From: Folioceros fuciformis
Taxonomy: Eukaryota
Length of the DNA stretch: 39,499 bases
Assembly (NCBI GenBank): GCA_049999805.1
Contig: JBNGIO010006272.1
Span: 374,975-414,473 of the forward strand
Direction of reading: 5' to 3'
Part shown: positions 12,512 through 23,357 of the stretch, in pieces
Position numbering within the stretch: position 1 is the stretch's first letter
How the letters are laid out: each line of letters starts with the position of its first letter
Translations under genes and position numbers: made by a program
The notes under the pieces: model-generated
What the model saw: the letters and a program-made list of their open reading frames with translations, nothing else
Told to the model about the DNA's origin: nothing
Databases searched by the model: none

Positions 12512-14981
12512 GGATGTAGTTCGTTAAGCAGGGTTAGCTGACAAACATGCTTAAGCCAATATATACTGTACTAGCAAGCAACTGCAAGGTGGCCTTCACG
12601 CTTGAGCAGCGAGGTGGAGGAGTGGTCGGACCAGCCTGAACACGTGAAGACACATTAAAGCATGGACGAGCCGCTGAGGAGGAGTGCAACACTGGTGTGA
12701 AGCGCATGGCTGGCGGGGAGGACATCATCAAGGCGAGTGGCAATGTAGCAGCTAAGTGCAAAGCTATCGAGGAGAAACCTCAGTTGTGAGAAGTCTTTTC
12801 CTGTTGAGCAGACTGGCAAGCTAGCGCCGTAGGGGTTCTCATGATGGGGCTGATAGGAACTTGTATGCAAGCATTCGGTGTCATGACCCGCTATGCTCTT
12901 AGGAGCTGAACAATTAATGTCAGCACGAACCAAGTTTATGGAAGTTCTGTGTTGGGGTCACGCTCTGAGAATCAGTGCACGAATGTGCTTGAGTCCGCTG
13001 GAGGGGTTGCTTGCAGGGGTGATCAAAAGGGAGATGACTTACTTCAGCTCATGTTCATGAGCTGAAGTAAGTCTGAGTACCCAATCGCTGAGTGCGCGTA
13101 TCGGGTAGTCTGGGGATTGGCCATTGGTGTTCGTCGTGACTACTGTGGTGGACACTAGGGCCACAACTTGGGGTGACTTGCATGATGTGTGTGTTGTGTG
13201 CCATTTGCGAGACCCTTCCAACCTTCATTCAATTTACTTCTCACAACTAAGCTCAAAACTCCTCCTGCCTAAAATGATTGGGAAATACATTACTCGTAGT
13301 CTCGTGGTGCATATTTTACTGTGTGTTTGCTCATGATGATGCTTTACATTTCGGTTTGCTCATGCCTCTACGATTCGATATCTTGGCTTCCATTTTGGCC
13401 TCCCATTGGAGGCATGGCTACGCCTTTGGTGTGCATTAGTTTTTCTGTGCAACTCACCATGTCTTCAGCTCGATTTGGACTTTGCATGAGCAAATGCGAA
13501 GTGACATATACAGGGTTCTAGGTTGTGGTTGCTCTACGGCCTTTCCTCTTAATCGATGGGCATACCCACTCTCCAATTCGAGTAGTACAAGAATGTTCTT
13601 GGGGAAAATGCATCTTCCCTTGAGTTTTTTCCCATAGTTGCGGATTCCTCTTTGAAAGCGGGTTGGGCACTCGTGACTGTACCCTCTTTCTCCGACCTTG
13701 CAACCAGCATCTTGAACATTCTGCACACCTGTCGTTGTCAATTGGCTGAAGCTTCATCAACAAAATCGTCTGAGTCCGAGTTTGCTTTCTCCTCTGTCCC
13801 CATTGCATTACCCATGTGTTCAAATGTTGCAGCTAATGATGCCGCCTCATACTTTGCCCATCCCCACACCAATTTGGGCCCTAGGATTGGGCTCACTGTA
13901 TGCCACCTTGTAACAAGCATCGTCGGCAACTACGGGGTCCACAATGGGGCTAGAGACTCTCCAACCCGCTTCGGCTTGGTCATGCAGGACAACATCAATG
14001 TTAGAGCACATGCTCACAATTATCTCAATACTATCATTGGGAAATGGGGCTAACTATTCTACTAGCTTCTTGAGGCGCATCAAATTGCTGGCTGTGCGCA
14101 AACAACTCAAAAAAAGTCTTCACACACTATCCCTTCTTCTTCACATCTCACAACTCAACCATCTTGGATAGGGACTTAAGGCAACCGAACTCACATTCTT
14201 CAAACATTAGCTTTCTACTATACTGTGATGCAAAGTTGTGGACCCAGTCAGCCCTTCCGCATTGGCTCCAAGGATTGGGGCCCTCCCCATTCTTCCTTTC
14301 CAAACATGCTTATGTAGCTAGAGATGCTTGGGAAGGGAGAAAGTTCCCATGTTGCCGCAATTCCACCTTGGCCCATATGAGAATCTCATTCTACACAGTG
14401 TCGTCGACTGCTGGAGGCAACCCATGACATTGTGTGGAACCCTAAACCTTGCCAATTTGCATAGGTTCTAGAGCTACTCCTAAATCTAGGGGATCCTTTG
14501 TTTGTGTCAGAGTGTCTGCAAAATGGATTTGTTGTTCATCCCTTCAACAACAAACTTTGGACCGTTTATGTAGCAACAAATGGTGCCCAGCAAGTGGCCC
14601 CCCTATTGCCGCATAATTTTTTCTTGACACATCATGCTTCCATTGGAATACATTTCCCTGCTAGCGGTTGCAAGGTAAGTTTCTCCCTATCCCAAACCGT
14701 AGGACCATCCTTAAATGATTATGGCAAGAGATGAGCCTAGAACAATCGTTCCTACATAATTGCACACACAAGAGTGAATTAAAAAATGATTACAGCATTT
14801 CCTACTAAGGGTGTGATTATACTCGAAGGGTATTTTGCCAATAGTAGATGCGGAAGGGTTTAGAACATTGGGCATGAATTTGATAGTTTAGAGGTTTTCC
14901 AAAAAATAAAGGGATAAAACAATGGTGTCCGTGAGCAAAATGTGAGTCACTCGTGCCCATGGTGGTCAACACCGTAGTGAA

Positions 14982-15112
14982 CAAGGTCTAACCCAGACGG
15001 GCGGATTCCACCATTTCGAGCTTTGCGACACTCAAAATTCGTGTCAGATATCTGCATTTTCATGCGTTTTTGTCAAGAGATGGATAAATGTGGCCTAAAA
15101 GAGTGTTGCGTA
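14982..15112 (+). mobile_element. Orphan left terminus of the same transposon family as 32413-38687
   Basis: caaggtctaacccagacgggcggattcc...aaatgtggcctaaaagagtgttgcgta aligns by eye over about 130 bp with 32413-32550 (cacggtctaacccagacaggcgtattcc...aaatgtggcctaaacgagtgttgagta). Confidence 0.8.
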
Positions 15113-15666
15113 CGACCGTAAACATCAATTTTTTCAAAAGTACAATGGGCCATCCACATCCACAATCCTGAGATTTTGTAGCTTGTCATTCACTTGTAAA
15201 TGACATTGTGATAAGTAGGGATCGTTGGGCGCCTTTCACCAACAACGTGAGTAGGAATGGAAGAGTTTTTGACCTCGTTAAGAAGTGGGCAATACAAGGT
15301 GATGGTAGCTGCCCTAAATCAAATGGGTGCCACTGATAAGGAAGGGGATTTAGAAAGCTTGGCCAAAGATCTAGAGAAGATATTCTCAGCAGCACAAGTG
15401 ACTAACTACATGTTAAAAGATGGTTTCCAAGCTAGTTCGAATCTAGAAGAAGTTTTTGCAATCCCGTTGACTGAATTTTCTCCCAAACCGTCACCTTCAC
15501 AGGGCTTGGACACAGATGTGGTGATTAGTACCAGCAGCAGGGCTTCTCGAACCACCATGGCTTCTACTATAGCTATGGATGAGGAGGAAGTTAATGCTTT
15601 GCTTCTCGAAGTGGTAAGTCTCACGACACATCCTGACTCGAGGCGTAGTTATCTTTTGAGGTGAAG

Positions 15667-16060
15667 CCATACCAATCACATCAAATTACAAGTTCGTATT
15701 AGTGATGGATACGGTTTGAAGCTCCCTCGCACCATACCAATCACATCTCCCGTTTGTTACAAGTTTGTGTTAGTGATGCATACAGTTTGAGGCCATACCA
15801 ATCACATCTCCCGTTTGTTACAAGTTCGTGTTAGTGATGCATACAATTTGAGGCCATACCAATCACATCTCCCGTGTTGTTACAAGTTCGTGTTAGTGAT
15901 GCATACGGTTTGAGGTTCCCTCGCGCCATACCAATCACATCTCCCGTGTTGTTATAAGTTCGTGTTAGTGATGCATACGGTTTGAGGTTCCCTCACACCA
16001 TACCAATCACATCTCCCGTGTTGTTACAAGTTCGTGTTAGTGATGCATACGATTTGAAGT
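15667..16060. repeat. 61-72-bp minisatellite, 6 copies
   Basis: ccataccaatcacatc...acaagttcgtgttagtgatgcatac starts at 15667, 15732, 15793, 15854, 15926 and 15998. Confidence 0.9.
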
Positions 16061-16129
16061 TCTCTGACGAATTTGGGCTTCTGTTGAAGTAGCTTATGTA
16101 TTTGGACTGGTACACTCAGCTTCTTGCAC

Positions 16130-19100
16130 TTGAGCGAGATTGGCAAACCCTGTGGTAACCCAGAACTAATGGGAGCAAGAGTGTCATATTGACCATCCAG
16201 GCAAAGTGACGTCGCCCGCTGAGACCGAAAGTGGAAGACTCAATGCATCAGCGGAGTTGGAAGGCCTTTCCTGCACAAGACAGATAAGAGAATCTCATGG
16301 TTAACTGAGTCATATGCACCTTTGATATCCATGAGGAGCAGGGAGAGAGCATGTCGTTGACCCCAAGCCCTACGAATATCCTAAACAAGGAGAGCTGCTG
16401 CATCGCTTGTACTCCGACTCGGCTGACCCCCCAAATGACCAAAGGGAAGGAGACTATGATTATTCTCAACCAAGAAGGAGAGACGTGAAGCCATAAAACC
16501 CTCCAGGGCCTTGCCTAAGCAATTAAGAAGAGCAATAGGGCGATATGAACGGGGTAACGAATAATTAGCCCTATTGAGTTTGCGGGGAATGATGGTGAGC
16601 GAGTGACGCCACGTCAAAGGATGATAACCCAAAGTGGAGCAGGCCTGGAAGATATATAAGTAAAATTGTTTGAGGAGGTCCCAACCCCTCTGAAGAAAAC
16701 CTGTAGCCCCTCTGAAGAAAACCTATAGCAATAGTGTCCGGGCCTACTGCTTTCCAGGCTTTCACACCAAAGAGAGCCTGCTGCACCTCGTGCAAAGCAG
16801 GGGTGGGCCATGGGAAATGGGAAGCAGCGGACAGGGGAAGAGGAGGGGTGTCTGAAGAAGAGGGGTAGCAGAACAGAGGACTGCACACTTGGCAGCATGA
16901 GAGTAAGCAAGTGACCTGTCTCCAAAGAAGTGAAGACGAGGAAGCGGGCTTAGTGGAGCGATAAATCTTCCAAATATCCGAGTCGCTAGCCTCCATCAGA
17001 AATTTCTTCCAATGGTCCTTCTTGGCAACTTTCACACTCCGAAAGTACTCATTTCTAACAGACCGAAGCTGCAATATCCCCTGGAGTGTAGGAATGCGCA
17101 TGACCCGACAAGCCCGAGCAAGCCCCTTGTGAAGAGAGGAGAGGGTAAGAGACCACCAAGGTTTAGCACGGAAGTGAGGGTGTACTATGGGGGTAGATGT
17201 GGAGATGGCCTTCTGTAGAGATATTGTGACTTGAGCCACAAGATGATCAATCTGAGCAATAGTTTGAGGAAGCCCAAGTCCCACCAAGTTAGTCGAAACC
17301 TTATAAGCTAAAGTGGAAGAAAATTTGTCCCAGTCAGTAGCTTTGACATTAAGGCGGGAAGAAAGAGGAGGCGGAGGAGGGGAATCTGAACAGGAAGGAA
17401 TAGTAAGGAACAAACCAATAGCTTGGTGGTCAGACCCCACATCTAGATCGGGGAGAATATCACAGAAATCAACCAAGTTGCGAACATCCGTAGAAGAAAG
17501 CGTGAGATCCAAAGTGAAAGTGTTATTTGTAGAAGACACGAAGGTGGGGCAATCTGAGGGGGTGAGAAGAAAGAGGGGAGTAGTGTTAATGAAGAGAGCA
17601 AACTCATCGGCCACCGAGGAAATCACTTCATTAGATGCAGTAGATTCTCACAAGGGGTGATGAAGATTGAAATCTCCAAGAGTAAAATAGTGTTGAGAGA
17701 GGAAGTGGGCATGTGGAGTGAGAATGCGAATGGTGCTATCGGACCCAGGCGGATTGAAAAGGTTAACAAAGTTAATGACTTGGCCTAGACAAGAGACCTG
17801 GACACATTGGATATCAAGATGGTTAAAAAGATCCTAGCGGGGAGAAATACTACTAGAGCAAAGGCTTTTGTTAACATAGGTGAGGACCCGAGGACGGGAG
17901 GGGAGACTAGGAGAGGGAAGGATAGGAGTCCATTGCAGGTGAGAGAGTGTAATGGAAGGGTTAATGACATAAGGCTCTTGAAGGAAAAGAATGTCAAAGG
18001 ACGACAGAAGCATATTCAGAAGAGTAGAGATGACCACACAAGATCGGTGACAGTTAAGTTGAAAGATCTTGAAGGGACTCATGAGGGGCCTGGTCGAGAG
18101 AAAAACTTGGAGTTAGCTTCGAGGCGAGTAGGGCATGAAGATTTAGTGGCCCGATGAGATCCATGGCGGATGCAGGATAGAGAGGTTGCCACCTTACAGT
18201 CCGAAGCTGGATGAGGCCCACCTCAATTCAAGCATCGCTCCGTGCTCCTGTAGAAGGTCTGAGTGTGTCCAAAACATTGACATCGGAAGCATGGAATAGG
18301 GTGGGCATTGGGTACAAAAGGTGTCACCCGTAGCATGCGCCCTTGCAAAGCAAGGCCACATCGAAGAATTGCAAATGCAGAATCATCGTTGGGAAGGGAT
18401 ACCAAAACTAAAGAATGCCGCTTGGTAGAAAGATCCCGGAGGAGCCACCGAGGCTCATCCTCGAAGGTGATGTAATTGTCTTCGAGAACTTCTTCCTAGA
18501 ATTCCTCCATTGATAAGCTGACAGGGACATCATGAACCAGAATTTGGTGACGAATACATGGAGTTGAGACGTCGGAGAAGGATGAAAAAGCCATTGGGCC
18601 CCAAACAGGAGGTGTTGCAATAACTGTAATACCTCTCCACGATAATACCAAGCGACATGCAAAACTTTTGAACTGCTTGAATTTTATGCAAAACTTTTGA
18701 ACTGCTTGAATTTTAACTGGCCCAGCATCTGCTGCCAGGAGAGCCCCGTTAATTTTACCCTTCAAGTCCATGTGATAAATCCTAAGGATAGACCCCATCC
18801 TTAAATCTGACAAACATGCACTCCTCCATAGTTGGGATCGGTCTTGGGGGGAGGACTGCTGCAGTCACTCCTCCATGGTCTTGGGGGGAGGACTGCTGCA
18901 GTCACTCCTCCATAGTTGGGATTGGCCTTGGGGGGAGGATTGCCACCGTGAGAGTTGGGATCGGCCTTGGGGGGAGGACTACCACCGTGAGAGTTGGGAT
19001 CGGCCTTGGGGGGAGGACTGCCACCGTGAGAGTCGACCGCAGCAGCATAAGAGGAAGGGCGAGATACCTTGAACTCAGATTTGACTTCATTAGAAGAGGA

Positions 19101-19130
19101 CCAAATAACTCGCACCAAGGCCCGCACCCG
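16130..19130 (-). mobile_element. Non-LTR retrotransposon (LINE), Tad1/I-group-like; ORF1 + APE + partial RT; decayed and 3'-truncated
   Basis: ORF1 has gag knuckles (CFRCQCFGH...). ORF2 starts at 18082 with MSPFKIFQLNC...ILFLQEPY, then GDFNLHHPLW, TLDLTL, GSDH, KPWWS, KAVGPD, YSLPRSYRPIALLNCLGKALE, MDIKGAYDSV and SGLPQG. It breaks off before the YxDD motif. Many frameshifts and stops. Confidence 0.85.
18815..19035 (-). repeat. 39-bp coding tandem repeat in LINE ORF1 (HGGSPPPKADPNS-like)
   Basis: gagttgggatcggccttggggggaggactgccaccgtga-type unit repeated about 4-5 times. Confidence 0.8.
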
Positions 19131-19131
19131 G

Positions 19132-19282
19132 GAGAGGAGAGGAGAAGAGAGGAGAAGAGAGGAGAAGAGAGGAGAAGAGAGGAGAAGAGAGGAGAAGAGA
19201 GGAGAAGAGAGGAGAAGAGAGGAGAAGAGAGGAGAAGAGAGGAGAAGAGAGGAGAAGAGAGGAGAAGAGAGGAGAAGAGAGG
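19132..19282. repeat. (GAGGAGAAGA)n purine microsatellite running into an assembly gap
   Basis: About 15 copies of the 10-mer directly before the N-run. Confidence 0.95.
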
Positions 19283-19682
19283 NNNNNNNNNNNNNNNNNN
19301 NNNNNNNNNNNNNNNNNNNNNNNNNNNNNNNNNNNNNNNNNNNNNNNNNNNNNNNNNNNNNNNNNNNNNNNNNNNNNNNNNNNNNNNNNNNNNNNNNNNN
19401 NNNNNNNNNNNNNNNNNNNNNNNNNNNNNNNNNNNNNNNNNNNNNNNNNNNNNNNNNNNNNNNNNNNNNNNNNNNNNNNNNNNNNNNNNNNNNNNNNNNN
19501 NNNNNNNNNNNNNNNNNNNNNNNNNNNNNNNNNNNNNNNNNNNNNNNNNNNNNNNNNNNNNNNNNNNNNNNNNNNNNNNNNNNNNNNNNNNNNNNNNNNN
19601 NNNNNNNNNNNNNNNNNNNNNNNNNNNNNNNNNNNNNNNNNNNNNNNNNNNNNNNNNNNNNNNNNNNNNNNNNNNNNNNNNN
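19283..19682. other. Assembly gap (400 N)
   Basis: Run of N. Confidence 1.
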
Positions 19683-20291
19683 TATAAAGTTCGCCAAGTT
19701 CGCCAGGGGGTGCGTTTGGGTGATGAGGTGTCTCAATTTGCACACTTCTAGCTGTATAAAGTTCGCCACCATTTTTCCGTCGTCCGGTTCTTCGAGGTAA
19801 GGATTGCAGGCAGTCGAGGCGTAGCTGTAATGACGAGTGTGTTCGACGAAGTTTTGCAGATTTGCTTGTGGTGTGCTTGTTTTCTTGTGGACGTCGTGAC
19901 CATTCTGTTTCCCTGGTGTAAGGCGGTGTTGGTAGCGGCTTGGGAGGTGGCAATTTTTGTCACATACCTCTACGACTGGTACGTTCGTTGGAAGAATCAG
20001 GTGAAGCAGACAGTTTTGTCTTGTTTGCCCTACGGGAAGGAACTTGAATTTCTCTCGCGGTGGCTCTAGGCCCACTAGTCATGTCGGTGGTGTTCAATTT
20101 CCTGTTTGTTCGTGAATAGACTGCGCTGGCAAATGGATCGCATGTGTATTCCTGTATCCTTCCCATCCTGCTTATTCGTCGTGTCTTAGGTTGTAGATCG
20201 GTGATGAGGTAGGGAGTAAGAGTAAGGATCCATCGTGTTTAGAACCCGTTGTCTGTGATCTTCAACCGTCTGTTCTTCCCATTCCGTGCAG

Positions 20292-20835
20292 GCTGAGGAG
20301 GCAGAGAAGATCTGCGGTACGCAGAGCATACAACGAGGGCAAAGGAGGTGTTACAGAGTATGGTTACGACCTGTACGAGCTTCTAGGTCTGGACAGCAGT
20401 GCGTCACAGAACGAGATTCGAAGTGGCTGCAAAAGCGTTGTCATCCGGATGTGGTTGGTGAAGCTGGTCATGAGATGTCAATTCTACTCAACGAGACTTA
20501 CGCCTTGCTCTCAGACCCAGATCAGCGGGCTGTCTGCTTGATGAGAAAAAATTAAAAAAAATGCTTGTGAAGCATAACTGTGAAGCGGAGGCAAGATTTC
20601 TCTGATATTGGTTCTGCTGTTGGTGGTCAGATGCGCCGGGATGCTGTCGACTGTCATGACTTCACAGGGGAGCCCCTCTATTCAGTTTGGGCTGGGCCTA
20701 TAGACGAACAACGTGCTTTCTTCGTTGACGAGTCTCGTTGCATCGGTTGCCTCAAATGCGCTCTAATTGCTCCTGACATTTTTTCAATTGAGAATCGGCT
20801 TGGGCGTGCTCGAGCTGTCACGCAATGGGGGAATA
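20292..20835 (+). pseudogene. Chloroplast DnaJ-ferredoxin chaperone (DJC76/CDJ-type) gene fragment
   Basis: J-domain YDLYELLGLDSSASQNEIR, then a frameshift at about 20420 into WLQKRCHPDVVGEAGHEMSILLNETYALLSDP (HPD at 20442-20450). After an intron: FTGEPLYSVWAGPIDEQRAFFVDESRCIGCLKCALIAPDIFSIENRLGRARAVTQWG. The distal CPVxCI half of the 4Fe-4S domain is missing. Confidence 0.8.
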
Positions 20836-21321
20836 CGAGCTCTCCCGAAGAGCAGAAAGCCAGCCTCCTTATGGGCACTTCAATTTCTTAGTGTTCTTGG
20901 CTGATGTGATTCTTACAGTATGTGTGTCCAAATTAACACACATGCTGTTAGAACGTCATAGTTAAGCGCTCTACACTACAATCGGGAGCCGGATGGGGTA
21001 CCTAGAGAGGAATGCCTCTGGTGCTAGTAGCCTAAGTTTACTACATGGAGCAAGTTGCCCGGAGGCGGGAGCGAGAGGGAGAGCAGGAAGTGCGGCAGCT
21101 CGAGGAACTGCGGGTGGAAGTGCTGGAGGCCGCGCAGCACAATTGAGAGCTCCAGAAGGAGGAAGCATGAAAATGCTGGAACGCGCACAAAAGGAGCGCC
21201 CGGAGGTCGGAGGAGAGAGGAGGCAATCAGGCCTGCACCTCCTCCTCGCGCAGAGTCGAGCACATGAGGAGAGCGCGAACTTGAAGGCGGGGAGAGAGGA
21301 GAGCAGTGCAGACAACACAAC

Positions 21322-21400
21322 AGAGCAGCGCAGAGCAGAGCAGAGCAGAGCAGCGAAGGGCAGCGCAGCGCAGCTCAGAGCAGAGCAGCGCGCGGAGCAG
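21322..21400. repeat. Degenerate (GCAGA)n low-complexity tract
   Basis: agagcagcgcagagcagagcagagcagagcag... pentamer repeats. Confidence 0.75.
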
Positions 21401-21687
21401 ACCCATTTTTGGACTTTCTGTCGACCGGGACTTCCGGTATCTCCCGGTCATCATCCCTCTCTCCAATCACGACTTGTAAATTAAACCCCCAACCCCAGCT
21501 CAGCGCCGCGCGCTTCCCTTGCCGCTCCTCACGTCCTGTCTGTACCGAGTCCCATGGCGGCATGTCCGTCCTCAGTGGACTTCAAATGAATTGTTGTTGT
21601 TGATTGCAAGATTGGGATTAGAGTACAAGATTGGGGCTAAGTGTAAAATTGAAAATAATTTTTTTAACACTTCTGAAAGCTACGTCT

Positions 21688-21760
21688 GGTCCCATGGTGT
21701 AGTGGTTATCACGTCTGCTTTACACGCAGAAGGTCGCGAGTTCGATCCTCGCTGGGGCCA
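21688..21760 (+). tRNA. trnV-UAC: tRNA-Val (anticodon UAC)
   Basis: 73 nt. Acceptor stem GGTCCCA/TGGGGCC, D-arm GTGTAGTGGTTATCAC, anticodon stem TCTGC-TT TAC AC-GCAGA, T-loop GTTCGATCC. Followed by TGTTTT. Confidence 0.96.
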
Positions 21761-21942
21761 TGTTTTCGCTGCCCCCTATATGTATTTTGCTAAGGTTCCC
21801 TATGTGTATTTTCCACCTTAGCAAGGTGTGGAGCAGATGCTGACGGAGCTGCTACAACTCCACAGATGCTGACAGAGCTGCTACAAAGTTGTGAGCTTTG
21901 TAAGCTGCCTTCGACCAGATTGCTGTCATACATGGTAAAACG

Positions 21943-22605
21943 ATGGCCCGGTCCACGTTCTTGGGAAACGCGAGATCGTTCGTGAGCAACGCTCTCGGTG
22001 GAGTGAAAGGGCCTACCAACTTCGCGGCATGGGCCTTTGCAGGTGTCGCTGCCTACTTCCTCTGGGTGAAGCCTCAGAGGGAGGAAAGGCAGCAGCAAGA
22101 GGTCAGTCATTGTGCTCTCAGCTGCAGCTGCTGGTTGCTGCTGCTCGCTTTTGTGTGCTAATTCAGGTTTTGCACGGGTTGGCCAGGATGAATATTTAGT
22201 CAAATTAGGTCTTGCAGGAAGGTGTGCACCTACTGGCGGATTGTATGTTAGCTTTCGTGTCGTGCTGTGCCCGCCCTTTGAAGCCTGTGGCAATGGTAGA
22301 GAGGCGATTTGCACAACCGCGGTTCGTGTTCAAGACATTCAATACCTCATGGTGATGCCCGCTTAGCTGATTTCCATGTCTGTTATTTGTTTATTGCATA
22401 TGCAGGAGAGGGCTGCTCGTGCAAGAGAGCAGGATCGCTTTCGTTATGCTGAGCGGACAAAGCCTACTCCTGATCCTCAGGTACAGTTACTGCTTTGCCC
22501 GCATTTTTATTGCCAGAGATTACACGTTGATGTGACCCTCTGTTGCTGACTGATCCTGGGCAGGAGACGGGGCTCATCCGGGGTAAAGGGAAGGATTTGA
22601 ATTAG
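21943..22605 (+). CDS. Small (91 aa) single-TM protein of unknown function, resembling a conserved plant family; 3 exons
   Basis: Exons 21943-22101, 22406-22480 and 22564-22605 with phase-0 GT-AG introns give MARSTFLGNARSFVSNALGGVKGPTNFAAWAFAGVAAYFLWVKPQREERQQQEERAARAREQDRFRYAERTKPTPDPQETGLIRGKGKDLN*. The AYFLWVKP...KPxPDPQETGLI pattern is recalled from uncharacterised plant proteins. Confidence 0.8.
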
Positions 22606-23357
22606 GACTGGTCTCAGCTGAGATGTATTGATTTTGCCTGCAAGTTGGGGAAGGCTGGGAAAGGCCAGTGTAGGATCTCTAAATCTTATTTGTTAGAACG
22701 GGCTCATTCCCTGTCCAGTTCCCGAGCGGACGCAAAGAGCCAAGTAGTGTGACAAAGGACATGTAACAAAGCGTCATGTGGAAGGCGCATGGTCTGGATG
22801 AAGGTTATGCACAATTCATCTGACTCCAGTATCGAAGTTGTAAACGTGGAAGACGTGGCCACGGATTTTGTTTTGTACCGAGGAGCAAAAACGATCGCGC
22901 CTGAACGATGGAAATATGTGGCATTAGAATTGACACAGGAGGTTGGATACCATAAAAATATGCACTACGGATAATACGAATTTTTCAGGTCGGGGAATCT
23001 GTGTCAGGTGCCACAGTCTATATTCACACAACTGGCGCCGTACTACATCTGTTACTTTCGTTAGTGGTGTATGTGCAAGCAGCTTCCAAACGCAGCTTGC
23101 AAATGAATGTTGGTTTTGGTTTCTACTTACATCAGACTAGACATCGTGAACTTTTCTGCTAGTGCACAGGTCAGCCAATCTGCAAAACGTGCAGCGTCCA
23201 GAGTAGCGGCCACCCTACCATATATATATATTCCCCGTGGTCCGCGAAAGTGGCTCCTCCAGTCGCATCCATTCCTATCTAGAATTGACTAGCTCCATTC
23301 GCCTGGCTGACTTCGATTTCCAATCACCTGTATAAGTACAGTCCGCTGTCTACGCAG

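Noticed and set aside
13400-14900. Possible remnant of another DNA transposase on the minus strand (…GSTQCHG…ACLE…WSQCGRADWV)
   Set aside because: Too degraded to assign a family or boundaries by eye.
12279-14979. Possible CACTA element (cactac...gtagtg)
   Set aside because: Only 6 bp of inverted match, no 3-bp TSD and no Tnp2 motifs recognised.
18801-20075. Long ORFs (424, 311, 287, 243 aa) in the ORF track
   Set aside because: They run through 400 N and a microsatellite. Only the LINE ORF1 portion is meaningful.
20974-21480. CACTACAA start and a 163-aa Ala/Gly/Arg-rich ORF
   Set aside because: No matching right TIR. The ORF is explained by GC-rich low-complexity sequence.
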